Below are positions 46,432-55,859 of a DNA stretch of 64,000 nt, in pieces. Where the stretch lies: NCBI GenBank assembly GCA_028872915.1, contig JAGWNY010000007.1, positions 11,820 to 75,819 on the forward strand, written 5' to 3'. The notes under the pieces are model-generated. The model did not search any database and was not told the DNA's origin. It saw nothing but the letters and a program-made list of their open reading frames with translations. Source of the stretch: Verrucomicrobiota bacterium. GTDB lineage: Bacteria > Verrucomicrobiota > Verrucomicrobiia > Limisphaerales > UBA11358. The translations under genes and the position numbers were made by a program. Every line of letters begins with the position of its first letter. The stretch's first letter is position 1.

Positions 46432-49400
46432 ATGCCGCATGCGGATTTTGTTCATTTGCATTTGCACACCGAGTATTCGTTGCTCGATGGCGCCTGCCGC
46501 ATGGACCGGCTCATGGAAAAGGCCCATGAATTGAAATTTCCGGCGCTGGCCATCACCGACCATGGCGTTCTTTACGGCGCAATAGATTTTTACAAGGAGG
46601 CGCTGGCCAAGGGGATCAAGCCAATCATCGGCTGCGAGGTGTATGTGGCGCCCGGCTCGCGCCTGGAAAAGAAGACCGGCAATGCCGGTGGCGGGCGGGA
46701 CGTCTATCATCATCTTGTGCTGCTCGCCAAAAATGCGACCGGCTATCATAACCTGATCCGCCTCGTCACGGACGCGCATTTGCAAGGCTACTATTACAAG
46801 CCGCGCATAGACAAGGAACTGCTGGCGGCGCACAAGGATGGCCTGATCGCGTTGTCAGGCTGCCTGGCCAGCGAAATTCCCGATTTAATCGTCCACGATC
46901 AGGCGCTCCGGGCGCGGAGCGTTCTGGATTGGTTCCAGCAAACGCTTGGGCCGGACAATTTCTACCTGGAACTGCAAAACCACGGCATTCCCGAACAGGC
47001 AAAGGTGAATCGCCAATTGATCCAGTGGGCGCGGGAAACGGGGCTGAAGCTGGTGGCCACGAATGACGTTCATTACATCGAAAAAAACCATTCCCACGCC
47101 CATGATTGTTTGATTTGCATCGGCACGCAGTCGCAATTGGCGGAATCAAAACGGATGCGCTACGAGCCGGAACAGTTTTATCTGCGCTCGCCCGAGGAAA
47201 TGAAGGCGCGTTTTGCGGAAACGCCGGAGGCGTTGAAAACGACGCTGGAAATTGCGGAAAAATGCAATCTCCAAATCGAATTTGGAAAGTTGCACTTTCC
47301 GGTGTTCGATCCGCCGGAACATTTCACGCGGGAGGGTTACCTGCGCAAGCTGCTGGCCGAGGGATTGGCCAAGCGCTATGGAATTCAGGCCCGAATCGCT
47401 GACGGGAAATTTGTGGCGGAGAAGATTGACGAGGCGAAGCTGGCGGCGGCATTCGGCACGGCAGGCGGTCACGACGACAAAGGCGGGGCAGAAGACGTAA
47501 AGAACGGCAAGAAACGGGAAAAATCGGCGGACATTCAAACCGCCTGCGCAACGGTCCTGGACCGGCTGGAATTGGAATTGAAGGTCATCGAAAAGACAGG
47601 GTTCCTAAGCTATTTCCTTATCGTGGGCGATTTTGTGCGCTACGGGCGCGAGCACGGCATTTCGTGCGTGGCGCGCGGCAGCGCCGCCGGCTCCCTGGTG
47701 ACCTATTTGCTCGAAATTGCGAACGTGGACCCCATACGGCACGGCCTGCTCTTCGAACGATTTCTTAACCCCGAACGGGTCAATCCACCGGACATTGACA
47801 TTGATTTCGCCGATGACCGGCGGGCGGACGTCATCGAATACGTGCGGAATAAATACGGGCGCGACGCCGTGGCGCAAATCGTGACGTTCGGCACAATGGG
47901 CGCCAAGAGCGTGGTCCGGGACGTGGCGCGGGTGATGGGCCTGAGTTACGGGGACGGCGACCGCCTGGCGAAAATGATTCCGTTCGACTTGAAAATGACG
48001 CTGGAGAAGGCGTTGCGCCAGTCGCCCGAACTCAAGGAGGCGTATGAGAACGAGGACGTGACGCGGGAGCTGATTGACACGGCGCTGATTCTGGAGGACA
48101 TCACGCGCAACGCAAGCGTACACGCGGCGGGTGTCGTCATTGGCGACCAACCGCTCGTCAACCTGCTGCCGCTCAAGCAGGATGAAGACGGCGCGCTCGT
48201 CACGCAATACGCCATGAACCCGGTGGGCGACCTGGGCTTGTTGAAGATGGATTTTCTGGGATTAAAGACGCTGACGGTCATCCGCAACACCTGCGAGATG
48301 GTCCTGCGCACGCAAAGCCTGGAAATTGATATTGATCATCCGCCGCTGGACGACAAAAAGACCTATGAGTTGCTGAATCGGGCGGAAACGCTGGGCGTGT
48401 TTCAGTTGGAATCGGGGGGGATGCGGGATTTGTGCCGAAAATTCCAGATTGGCTCCATCGAGCACATCACGGCGCTGGTGGCCCTTTACCGGCCCGGCCC
48501 GATGGACCTGATCCCCGAATTTATCCGGCGGCGGCACGGGGAAATCGCCATCGAATACGAGCATCCCTTGCTGGCGCCGATTGCGCGCGAAACCTACGGC
48601 ATTTTGATTTACCAGGAGCAGGTGATGCAGGCGGCGCAGATTCTGGCGGGTTTCACGCTTGGTGCGGCGGACATTTTGCGGCGGGCCATGGGCAAGAAGA
48701 AGGTGGAGGAGATGCGGAAGCAGCGGGAAAAATTCGTGAAAGGTTGCGCGGAAAAAAACAAAATCCCCGCCGCCAAGGCGAACCAGATTTTCGATTTGCT
48801 CGAAAAATTCGCCGGATATGGGTTCAACAAATCGCACGCGGCGGCCTACGCCATTGTGGCGTATCAAACGGCGTATCTGAAGGCGAACTTTCCGGTGGAA
48901 TTTTTCTGCGCGATGATGACCAACGACATGGCCGACACGGCGAAGTTGAGCCAATACGTGCAGGAGGCGCGCGAATTTGGAATCGAGGTATTGCAGCCGG
49001 ACGTGAATGAAAGCGGCGTTTATTTTGAGCCGGCGTCGGCCCGGGGCCAAAACGGCGGGCAGGCGCGCCGGAACATCCGCTTCGGCCTTGCGGCGATCAA
49101 GAACGTGGGCGAGATCGCCGTCCAAAGCATCCTGTCGGCGCGGGAGGCGGCCGGCCGGTTCGAATCGCTGGACGATTTGTGCGAACGGGTTGAAAGCCGC
49201 GTAGTCAATAGAAAGGTGTTGGAAGCGCTGATCAAGTGTGGCGCGTGCGATTGTTTCAAACAGGCGCGGGCCGCCATGTTTGCGCACATTGAGCGGGCCT
49301 TGGCGCGCGGCGCGGCCGTCCAATCCGACCGGCAAAAAGGCCAAAGTTCGCTTTTTGGAACGCTGGAGGAAAGGCCCGCGCTACGGGAGACTGAAGGCGC

Positions 49401-50118
49401 CACGCCGGAATGGGCGCAACACGAGTTGCTGGCCCATGAAAAGGAATTGCTCGGTTTTTACGTGACCGGCCATCCGCTGACGCCGCTGGCGCCCATTTTA
49501 AAAAAATATGCGCTCGCGACCACCAGCCAGCTTGCGGGATTGCCCAATCGCAGCCTCACTCGCATCGGAGGGTTGATTACCGCCGTTCAAAACGGCGTCT
49601 CCAAAAAATCGGGAAAACCGTATTCCATGGTCACGCTCGAAGACCTGGAAGGCTCGGTGCAGCTCCTGTGCATGAACGAGAATTACGAGAAATACCGCGG
49701 ACTGTTGCAACCGAACAAGGCGGTGCTGGTGATAGGGGAAGTGAACACGGGCGATGAGCGGCCGAAAATTTTTCCGCAGGAAATCCTGCCTCTGGACGAA
49801 GCGCCGCGCAGATTCACCCGGCAGGTGCATTTGCGCTTGCACGCCGCGCACGTGGAACCTGGCCAGTTGGAGTCCGTGCGGGAACTGGTGGCGGCCCATC
49901 CGGGGAAGTGCCCGTTGTTTCTCTGCTTCATGCAGCCGGGCGGCGAAGTGGTTTTTGTGGAGACCAACGACGGTTTCGGCGTTGCGCCGTCGCTGGAATT
50001 GCAGCGCGAAGCCAATGCCCGGTTCGGCGAGGAAACCTATTATGCAAAAGTGGACACGACGTTGCCCGAACGCGCCCCGCGCCGATGGGAGCGCAAGAAC
50101 GGCAACGGGGAGGAATAA
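46432..50118 (+). CDS. dnaE: DNA polymerase III alpha subunit
   Basis: 1228 aa. PHP domain FVHLHLHTEYSLLDG...ITDHG. Polymerase core FLIVGDFV, PDIDIDF, GVFQLES, YRPGPM and FNKSHAAAYA. An OB-fold tail follows. Confidence 0.97.
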   Translation: MPHADFVHLHLHTEYSLLDGACRMDRLMEKAHELKFPALAITDHGVLYGAIDFYKEALAKGIKPIIGCEVYVAPGSRLEKKTGNAGGGRDVYHHLVLLAKNATGYHNLIRLVTDAHLQGYYYKPRIDKELLAAHKDGLIALSGCLASEIPDLIVHDQALRARSVLDWFQQTLGPDNFYLELQNHGIPEQAKVNRQLIQWARETGLKLVATNDVHYIEKNHSHAHDCLICIGTQSQLAESKRMRYEPEQFYLRSPEEMKARFAETPEALKTTLEIAEKCNLQIEFGKLHFPVFDPPEHFTREGYLRKLLAEGLAKRYGIQARIADGKFVAEKIDEAKLAAAFGTAGGHDDKGGAEDVKNGKKREKSADIQTACATVLDRLELELKVIEKTGFLSYFLIVGDFVRYGREHGISCVARGSAAGSLVTYLLEIANVDPIRHGLLFERFLNPERVNPPDIDIDFADDRRADVIEYVRNKYGRDAVAQIVTFGTMGAKSVVRDVARVMGLSYGDGDRLAKMIPFDLKMTLEKALRQSPELKEAYENEDVTRELIDTALILEDITRNASVHAAGVVIGDQPLVNLLPLKQDEDGALVTQYAMNPVGDLGLLKMDFLGLKTLTVIRNTCEMVLRTQSLEIDIDHPPLDDKKTYELLNRAETLGVFQLESGGMRDLCRKFQIGSIEHITALVALYRPGPMDLIPEFIRRRHGEIAIEYEHPLLAPIARETYGILIYQEQVMQAAQILAGFTLGAADILRRAMGKKKVEEMRKQREKFVKGCAEKNKIPAAKANQIFDLLEKFAGYGFNKSHAAAYAIVAYQTAYLKANFPVEFFCAMMTNDMADTAKLSQYVQEAREFGIEVLQPDVNESGVYFEPASARGQNGGQARRNIRFGLAAIKNVGEIAVQSILSAREAAGRFESLDDLCERVESRVVNRKVLEALIKCGACDCFKQARAAMFAHIERALARGAAVQSDRQKGQSSLFGTLEERPALRETEGATPEWAQHELLAHEKELLGFYVTGHPLTPLAPILKKYALATTSQLAGLPNRSLTRIGGLITAVQNGVSKKSGKPYSMVTLEDLEGSVQLLCMNENYEKYRGLLQPNKAVLVIGEVNTGDERPKIFPQEILPLDEAPRRFTRQVHLRLHAAHVEPGQLESVRELVAAHPGKCPLFLCFMQPGGEVVFVETNDGFGVAPSLELQREANARFGEETYYAKVDTTLPERAPRRWERKNGNGEE

Positions 50119-50136
50119 AAATTTGCGGCGCGCCAA

Positions 50137-52722
50137 TCAGGGCGATTGGACGCGGTAGAATTGCCGGGACTGGCTTGCCGGGGTCGTGAAACGATACGAA
50201 CTGTCGGGAACATTGGTGGTGAACGTCGCGCTCATGTTGGTGCTCCAGGGCGCGGTCAAGTGCGCGGTTTGAAGGAGATGAAAGACGCTGGCCGGGCCGG
50301 TAACGCTGAAGTTTAATTCCACCTGATTGTTCGTCAGGATGGGCTGATTCATTGTGATCAACGGCGTGGTATTGGAGACGACAGTCACCTCTTTCGCCGG
50401 CCCGTATGGCAGCGGGAACTGCCCATAAATCACCGGCTGCGCTTGAAGGAGCCACGTTCCGGACTGGCCGGGCGTGAATGTGAAATTAGTGGTGTCAATG
50501 GTTGAGATGACTTGCTGCTGCACGTTGGTCAACACGATGTCTTCGATGTTCCAGCCGATAAAATTGTCGCTTTGCGCATAAAAGCTGCCGCCCTGAAAAT
50601 CATAATTAAAGCGCAATAAGGTAATCTTCCCGGAATAATTGGCCAGCGACAACGTATGCGGCGTAAAGCTGGATTCGGCCGTGCCGCCAGGTTCGGCAAA
50701 CAAATCGTCCCACGTCGCGCCATTGTTCGTGGACGCCTGCACGCGGGCCACTTCGTTGCTGGTGGCGTCGCCCAACTGGCTTGAAAAGCCCAGGCTGGAA
50801 GCGGCCGACGGCAGCAGCGTTTCGTTGAATTGCATCCATTGTGGCGCGGGGTCCAAATGTGTCAGGTGGAAACAGTGCGGCTCCGCGCCAACGGGAGGAT
50901 TGGTGATGGCGTAGTAATACGGCAGCGGCGTGATGGTAAAATTGGCCAGCCCATTGTTCGCGGAGTCGGCAAGGTTGCCGGAGACGATATTGGTAACGGT
51001 GGAATTGTTGGTCGCCTGATTCACGAGGGTTTGGACGTTGGTGATCAAAATGTCCGTGAAATACCAGCCAAGGGGGGAACCGCTGTTGTAGTAACTCCCG
51101 CTTTGAAAATCGTAATTAAAACGCAGCGAAATCGTCTTGCCAGCGTAATTGGCCAGCGACAACGAATGCGGCGTAAAGCTGGTTTCATAGGAGCCGTTGC
51201 CCGCCTGGGTATAAAGATCGCTCCAGTTCACGCCGCCATCGGCGGAGACCTGCACGCGAGCCACTTCATCCGATGTGGCAAAGCCCAATTCGCTCTCGAA
51301 ATCCAGCTCGGTATTCGTCGCGGCGAGCAGGGTGCGGTCCAGTTGGAGCAATTGCGGCGCGGCATTGGTCTGGTAATGCTCCAGGTTGAAACAGGTTCCG
51401 GAACCGAATGGCTCGGTCGTTGTAATGGAATAATTTGGCTGCGGCGAAATGGTAAAATTCACCAGGCCCATGCCGGCGTCGTCAAACACGTTGCCCGAAA
51501 CGAGTTGTGCAATTTGAAAGTTATAGCTGGTCACGTGCGGGTCGTTCGGCGGCGTCGCGTAATAAATCGTTCCGGCGTTGGCGACGGCCTGCGTGGGTCC
51601 GTTCAGAATGGGGGCGATGTAATCCGCGCCTGGCACGGCGGGATCGAATGAAGTCACGTTATACGAATAACTGACGATGGCGCCGTTATTGGTGATGTTG
51701 CCCACGGTGACGTTGTAAACGGTGTCCGTGCCGTCGAATGGGAACGTCGTGGCCTCCGTCGTGGCGTCCAATCCCATTGGAACCCACACGATGGTGTTTT
51801 CGCCGTAACCGGTTTTGTAAGGCTGGATGGCAACGCTGACCGGCACGCCATTGCTGGTCATGCTGACGGTGGCGCCCGAGAAATCCGCGTTGCTCAGGCC
51901 AAAGGACCAATAGGGAAAGACCACCTGATAGGGAACAAAACCTTCCGGCGGCCAGGAGACGTATGGCTGGCGCGTGGCCGGGCGCGCGCCAAAGCTGGCC
52001 GGATCAAAAACGTACGTCAGATTCGCCGCCTCGTTCGTGCCCGCTCCGGGCACGTCGCCCACGCCCATGACGGTTTCCGGGGGATACAAAATCCAGCGGC
52101 GATGCCCCACTTCACTGTTGTTTCCGCCGAAGTCCCAGATGAAAAACATGGTTGCTTCCGCGCCATCCGCGCCAATCGCCTGGTCGCCCCCGGCGTAACC
52201 CGCGGCGAAGGTGTTGTAGCAGGTGTAAGTGGACGGCGGATTATGATTGAGCGTGTTGTTCGCCGAAATGATCACCGCCATTTGCTGCGAACCCCAATCA
52301 TCAATCGGGTCCAATTGAATGTTTGCCGGCATTCCGGCCAGCGCGCGGAACCAGTTGATGCGCAGCAATTCGGCCTGTACGAAGGCCGGTGCGTTGTGGC
52401 CCGGCGTGCAACTGGACACGTCGGCCGTCGTGCCCTGGGCCACGTTGTCCGAAACCGGATAAATGGCATTGTAAAAATCCCGCGTCTGCTCCCGCGAATC
52501 CGTATTGACGGAAAAACCGCCCGTCACCGGCGCAAGCAACGTCTTCGCCCCTTTTGCAGGCGACGGATTCAAGGGAAGATTGGGCGGCGCCGGCGCTGCC
52601 TGTCCCAAATTCGGAACCGGCGGGGAATAATGGCTGAGGGTCTGCGAAAAAACAGTCACGGGAAGCGCCAACAGGACCAAACTGGCGTGAATCGTCAAGC
52701 GGATAAATTTGTGGCACCGCAT
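50137..52722 (-). CDS. Large secreted protein: CAP/SCP (PR-1-like) domain, two tandem ~170-aa beta-rich repeats and a C-terminal domain ending in QFYRVQSP
   Basis: Signal peptide MRCHKFIRLTIHASLVLLALPVTVFSQ (ATG at 52720-52722; the track start at 52752 is TTG). CAP-like segment ELLRINWFRALAGMP...NHNPP...GHRRWILYP. The repeats are described in the next feature. Confidence 0.75.
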   Translation of the reverse strand: MRCHKFIRLTIHASLVLLALPVTVFSQTLSHYSPPVPNLGQAAPAPPNLPLNPSPAKGAKTLLAPVTGGFSVNTDSREQTRDFYNAIYPVSDNVAQGTTADVSSCTPGHNAPAFVQAELLRINWFRALAGMPANIQLDPIDDWGSQQMAVIISANNTLNHNPPSTYTCYNTFAAGYAGGDQAIGADGAEATMFFIWDFGGNNSEVGHRRWILYPPETVMGVGDVPGAGTNEAANLTYVFDPASFGARPATRQPYVSWPPEGFVPYQVVFPYWSFGLSNADFSGATVSMTSNGVPVSVAIQPYKTGYGENTIVWVPMGLDATTEATTFPFDGTDTVYNVTVGNITNNGAIVSYSYNVTSFDPAVPGADYIAPILNGPTQAVANAGTIYYATPPNDPHVTSYNFQIAQLVSGNVFDDAGMGLVNFTISPQPNYSITTTEPFGSGTCFNLEHYQTNAAPQLLQLDRTLLAATNTELDFESELGFATSDEVARVQVSADGGVNWSDLYTQAGNGSYETSFTPHSLSLANYAGKTISLRFNYDFQSGSYYNSGSPLGWYFTDILITNVQTLVNQATNNSTVTNIVSGNLADSANNGLANFTITPLPYYYAITNPPVGAEPHCFHLTHLDPAPQWMQFNETLLPSAASSLGFSSQLGDATSNEVARVQASTNNGATWDDLFAEPGGTAESSFTPHTLSLANYSGKITLLRFNYDFQGGSFYAQSDNFIGWNIEDIVLTNVQQQVISTIDTTNFTFTPGQSGTWLLQAQPVIYGQFPLPYGPAKEVTVVSNTTPLITMNQPILTNNQVELNFSVTGPASVFHLLQTAHLTAPWSTNMSATFTTNVPDSSYRFTTPASQSRQFYRVQSP
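50518..51501 (-). repeat. Intragenic tandem duplication (2 x ~470-510 nt) inside the CAP-domain protein gene
   Basis: Protein repeats at aa ~418-574 and ~590-745 of the 871-aa track ORF share long identical strings (EVARVQ, SFTPH.LSLANY.GK, LRFNYDFQ.GS.Y, TNVQ). At DNA level, GGCCAGCGACAACGTATGCGGCGTAAAGCTGG (50641) recurs as GGCCAGCGACAACGAATGCGGCGTAAAGCTGG (51151), an offset of 510 nt. Confidence 0.75.
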
Positions 52723-52889
52723 CGGGGGCAAATTGTTCAACTGACCGGCCAAGGGTAGGCGAGGCCGTCGGCGCGTCCAAGCCCGAAATACTGGTTTTGC
52801 CCGGCTCGCAAACCGCTCCGCTTATCCTGCCGCCCAAACCCGGTGAGAAAAAACTCGCGTTTTGACGGCGCGGCGGCAAAATCGGCGCG

Positions 52890-53582
52890 ATGATTGGCGA
52901 ATTGCTTTTCTGGAGCCTCGCGTTTCTTTTCCACTCGATTATTCTTCTGGCGCTTCTGTGGATCATGATCAAGCTCCAAAAGTTCGAGTATAACTGGCCC
53001 GGCTTGATCGGTTCGGCGTTTCTGGCCGGCGGCCTGGATTTGATCCCCTATGCCGGCCATTTTGCCGCCGTTATCCTTTTGTATCTTTGCATTTGGAAAA
53101 TGACCCAGACGACCCTTTTCCCGGATGCAGCCTTCACGGTTTTTATTGCCTACGCGCTGATGTTTTGTGTCAACTTGTTTTTGTTGGGCGCAATGCTGGG
53201 GGATTTGCGGCCCGATTTGCATCCTGCCGACAACGGCGACACAGTCCGGCGTCCCGTTCCCGCCATGCCCGCGCATCCTCTTGTTGCCGCGGCGGTTCCC
53301 TCCGACGCCAGGCCGCCAAAAGCCGCAACCAACGCGCTGCCCCCAAAACCGGGCGCACTCATCGTCAAAAATTTTTCCGTGAAAAGCCTGATCTCGAACG
53401 GGTCCAACTCATTGTTGGTCCTGGATACAGGCGCCGAAACCTATACGCTCGCGATGGGCGAACAAATGACGATGCGGACTCCGACCGGGACCGGCATGGT
53501 GCGATTTGACGGTTTTGGCACCAATTCCGTCACGCTGGACGTTGACGGACAAACCCTGAAAATCACCAATTCATTGAATTGA
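52890..53582 (+). CDS. Hypothetical membrane protein (4 TM helices, proline-rich linker, small C-terminal beta-rich domain)
   Basis: ATG at 52890. Hydrophobic helices include LLFWSLAFLFHSIILLALLWIMI and AAFTVFIAYALMFCVNLFLLGAML. No family recognised. The coding call rests on ORF length, the TM pattern and the absence of a competing gene. Confidence 0.5.
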   Translation: MIGELLFWSLAFLFHSIILLALLWIMIKLQKFEYNWPGLIGSAFLAGGLDLIPYAGHFAAVILLYLCIWKMTQTTLFPDAAFTVFIAYALMFCVNLFLLGAMLGDLRPDLHPADNGDTVRRPVPAMPAHPLVAAAVPSDARPPKAATNALPPKPGALIVKNFSVKSLISNGSNSLLVLDTGAETYTLAMGEQMTMRTPTGTGMVRFDGFGTNSVTLDVDGQTLKITNSLN

Positions 53583-53596
53583 ACCATCGTCCAGGG

Positions 53597-54328
53597 CTAT
53601 TTCACCGCGGCCCAAACGCGGTGTACGTCGTCGTGGTCGTCGAGGGCTTGCAGGAATTCGCCCACTTCGGCCCGCTGAACTTCCGTCAGTTCGGGAAATT
53701 GTTTTGGCACATAACCGAGTTCGCTGGTCACAACCGTCCAGCCGTTTTCCGAAAGCCATTTGGTAACGGCATGGACGGCGGCGCGGTCGCAGATGAATCG
53801 GGCGCCGGCGGTGCCTTCGGGAATGTCGTCATTTTGATCGCCGGCCAGCGGTTCCACTTCATTGGCGCCGGCCTCAATGGCGGCAGCCTCACGATCCGCG
53901 CCCGAACTGGGATGATGCGCCTCCACGATTCCCACGTGGTCGAAGAGAAATTTATTCGACCCGGATTGCCCCAACTGGCCTTTCTTGAAAAGCACGCGGA
54001 TTTCCGGCGCGGTGCGATTGACGTTGTCCGTATAGACCTCAACAATGACCGGTACTTTGTGCGGCGCGTAGCCTTCAAAGACCACGTGCTCCATGACCAG
54101 CTTTTCGCCGCCGACGCCCGCCCCTTTCTTGATGGCCCTCTCGATGACATCGCGGGAAACGCTTTCCTTCCTCGCCTTTTCAACGGCCGTCGCCAGCCGC
54201 GCGTTCATTTCGGGGTCGGCGCCGCCCATTTTGGCGGCCACGGAAATTTCCCGCACTAATTTGCTCGTGGCGCGGCCCTTTTTAAGGCCGGCGACGAGCC
54301 GTTTTGCATGAAGCCATTGGCGTCCCAT
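53597..54328 (-). CDS. YebC/PmpR family DNA-binding transcriptional regulator
   Basis: From the ATG at 54326-54328: MGRQWLHAKRLVAGLKKGRATSKLVREISVAAKMGGADPEMNARLATAVEKARKESVSRDVIERAIKKG, a canonical YebC N-terminus. Confidence 0.92.
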   Translation of the reverse strand: MGRQWLHAKRLVAGLKKGRATSKLVREISVAAKMGGADPEMNARLATAVEKARKESVSRDVIERAIKKGAGVGGEKLVMEHVVFEGYAPHKVPVIVEVYTDNVNRTAPEIRVLFKKGQLGQSGSNKFLFDHVGIVEAHHPSSGADREAAAIEAGANEVEPLAGDQNDDIPEGTAGARFICDRAAVHAVTKWLSENGWTVVTSELGYVPKQFPELTEVQRAEVGEFLQALDDHDDVHRVWAAVK

Positions 54329-54410
54329 GCCTGATACTCGCAAAAATCCCGAGGAAAATGAAGCGACAAAAATTCCGCATGGCCAGCCGCCAGCTTCCAC
54401 CTTCCATCTT

Positions 54411-55679
54411 CTACCGCATCATGCCGGGCGGCATGGCGAACGCCGTCAATCGCACGCCGGGCGGGACCGAATAATTGAAATCATCAGCGCTGAACGCCTG
54501 GTTGGTGTCAACGTAATCGTAGGTATCGGTCATGGTCCCCGAAATCTTCGGCATGATGGAGGCCTGTCGCCGCATCATTCGGTTCATTTGCGCCTTGGAC
54601 ATGCCCGGAACGGCGTTCGTATTTTCCCTCATTGCCTTCTGAAGTTGGGCCGTGTTCACTTCGCCCCCCAGCGTGATCTCCGAACGCAAAATCAGAAAAC
54701 TCGTTTTGCTGACCCACAGTTTCAATTTTTGTCCCATCACGCTGCCAGTCAAAGTGTAACAATCCTGTCCATCCACCGCTTCATCTTCCGTCTGGCCCAG
54801 GTTGGACATGAATTCGGACACATTTCCCTGGTCATTAAAGAAAAGTGAAGGAATCAAAACCCCCTGGCTTCCGCCCATCGCATAGGCCATTTTTTTGTCA
54901 GGAACGGTGTAGTATTGGTTGAAACGGCGGCCCCTGCCGGCAGCCGCCTGCATCAACACGTAATTGGTCGCGCCCGATGACCACGCCGCAGTGGTGTTCG
55001 TCGCCATCGTCGTCCTCCCGCGCACGCTCATTTGCATGATGTTTTTGGATTCAATGCGGTATAAATCGGGGCGCATCAGTTTGATGGAAACATCCGCCGT
55101 ATTCGTCATGCCCTTGGGCAGGTCGGCTTGTCGCCCTCCAAATTTCCCGGCCGCGCCCGGATTTACATCGGCCAGCGTAACCTTGGACATATCCATGACC
55201 ATGATTGCGGACGCATTGACCGTCAGGCTCTTCAAGTTGGCGTAGGCATCGAGCACATTGGTCAGAATATCACCGGCCGCTGTTGCAGCCATGGCCGTTG
55301 GTTTGGGAACGTAGGCGGCCGGATTTCCGGCGGGTCTTTGGTTCCCTTTGATTTTTGAGTAGCCAAACCATCCGCCAACGGCCAGCGTCGCCACAACAAC
55401 AACCGCCGTCGCAACCATGACCAAAGGTCCTGACTTTCTGGATTTAGCCGAAGCAGCCGCGCGAGTCGGCAAAATGGCCGTTGGCGGCATTCCTGCTCCG
55501 ACGCCGGGAACCGGTGGAATTGGCGGCGGTCGGGAAAGCGGCGGGGCGGCAGTGAGTGGCGGCTGAGGAACAATAAGCGTCTGCTGGCACGCAGGGCACA
55601 CGATTTTGGCGCCGGCATAACCTATGTCGCATTGAATGTGCTGGCTGCAAGACGGGCAGGAAAACTTGAATTCAGCCAT
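54411..55679 (-). CDS. Membrane protein: N-terminal zinc ribbon, Pro-rich linker, TM helix and a LolA-like periplasmic domain
   Basis: MAEFKFSCPSCSQHIQCD...IVCPACQQ (CxxC...CxxC), a PPxP-rich linker and the TM helix LVMVATAVVVVATLAVGGWF. The ~300-aa beta-rich domain is only loosely reminiscent of the LolA/DUF2092 fold. ATG at 55677-55679. Confidence 0.6.
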   Translation of the reverse strand: MAEFKFSCPSCSQHIQCDIGYAGAKIVCPACQQTLIVPQPPLTAAPPLSRPPPIPPVPGVGAGMPPTAILPTRAAASAKSRKSGPLVMVATAVVVVATLAVGGWFGYSKIKGNQRPAGNPAAYVPKPTAMAATAAGDILTNVLDAYANLKSLTVNASAIMVMDMSKVTLADVNPGAAGKFGGRQADLPKGMTNTADVSIKLMRPDLYRIESKNIMQMSVRGRTTMATNTTAAWSSGATNYVLMQAAAGRGRRFNQYYTVPDKKMAYAMGGSQGVLIPSLFFNDQGNVSEFMSNLGQTEDEAVDGQDCYTLTGSVMGQKLKLWVSKTSFLILRSEITLGGEVNTAQLQKAMRENTNAVPGMSKAQMNRMMRRQASIMPKISGTMTDTYDYVDTNQAFSADDFNYSVPPGVRLTAFAMPPGMMR

Positions 55680-55859
55680 ACTATTTTTTGGTTTACCGAA
55701 AATGGCCGCATCCGAACTTGTGCGATGTCTCAACCCAACGCCTTTTTCATAAGGAGTTCAAGCCAAAAATTGGCAAAAATTTTACGGCTTTTGGCCTTGC
55801 CAGGCCAATAAATGGCGCATGGAATCCGCGCTCTGTGTTTTGCTTTTCACGTTCTGGAG

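Noticed and set aside
55791-55808. TTGGCC-TTGCCA-GGCCAA hairpin downstream of the GAF kinase stop, considered as an intrinsic terminator.
   Set aside because: The stem is 6 bp, and the T-run on the minus strand is separated from it by ~10 nt. It is plausible but not strong enough to list as a feature.
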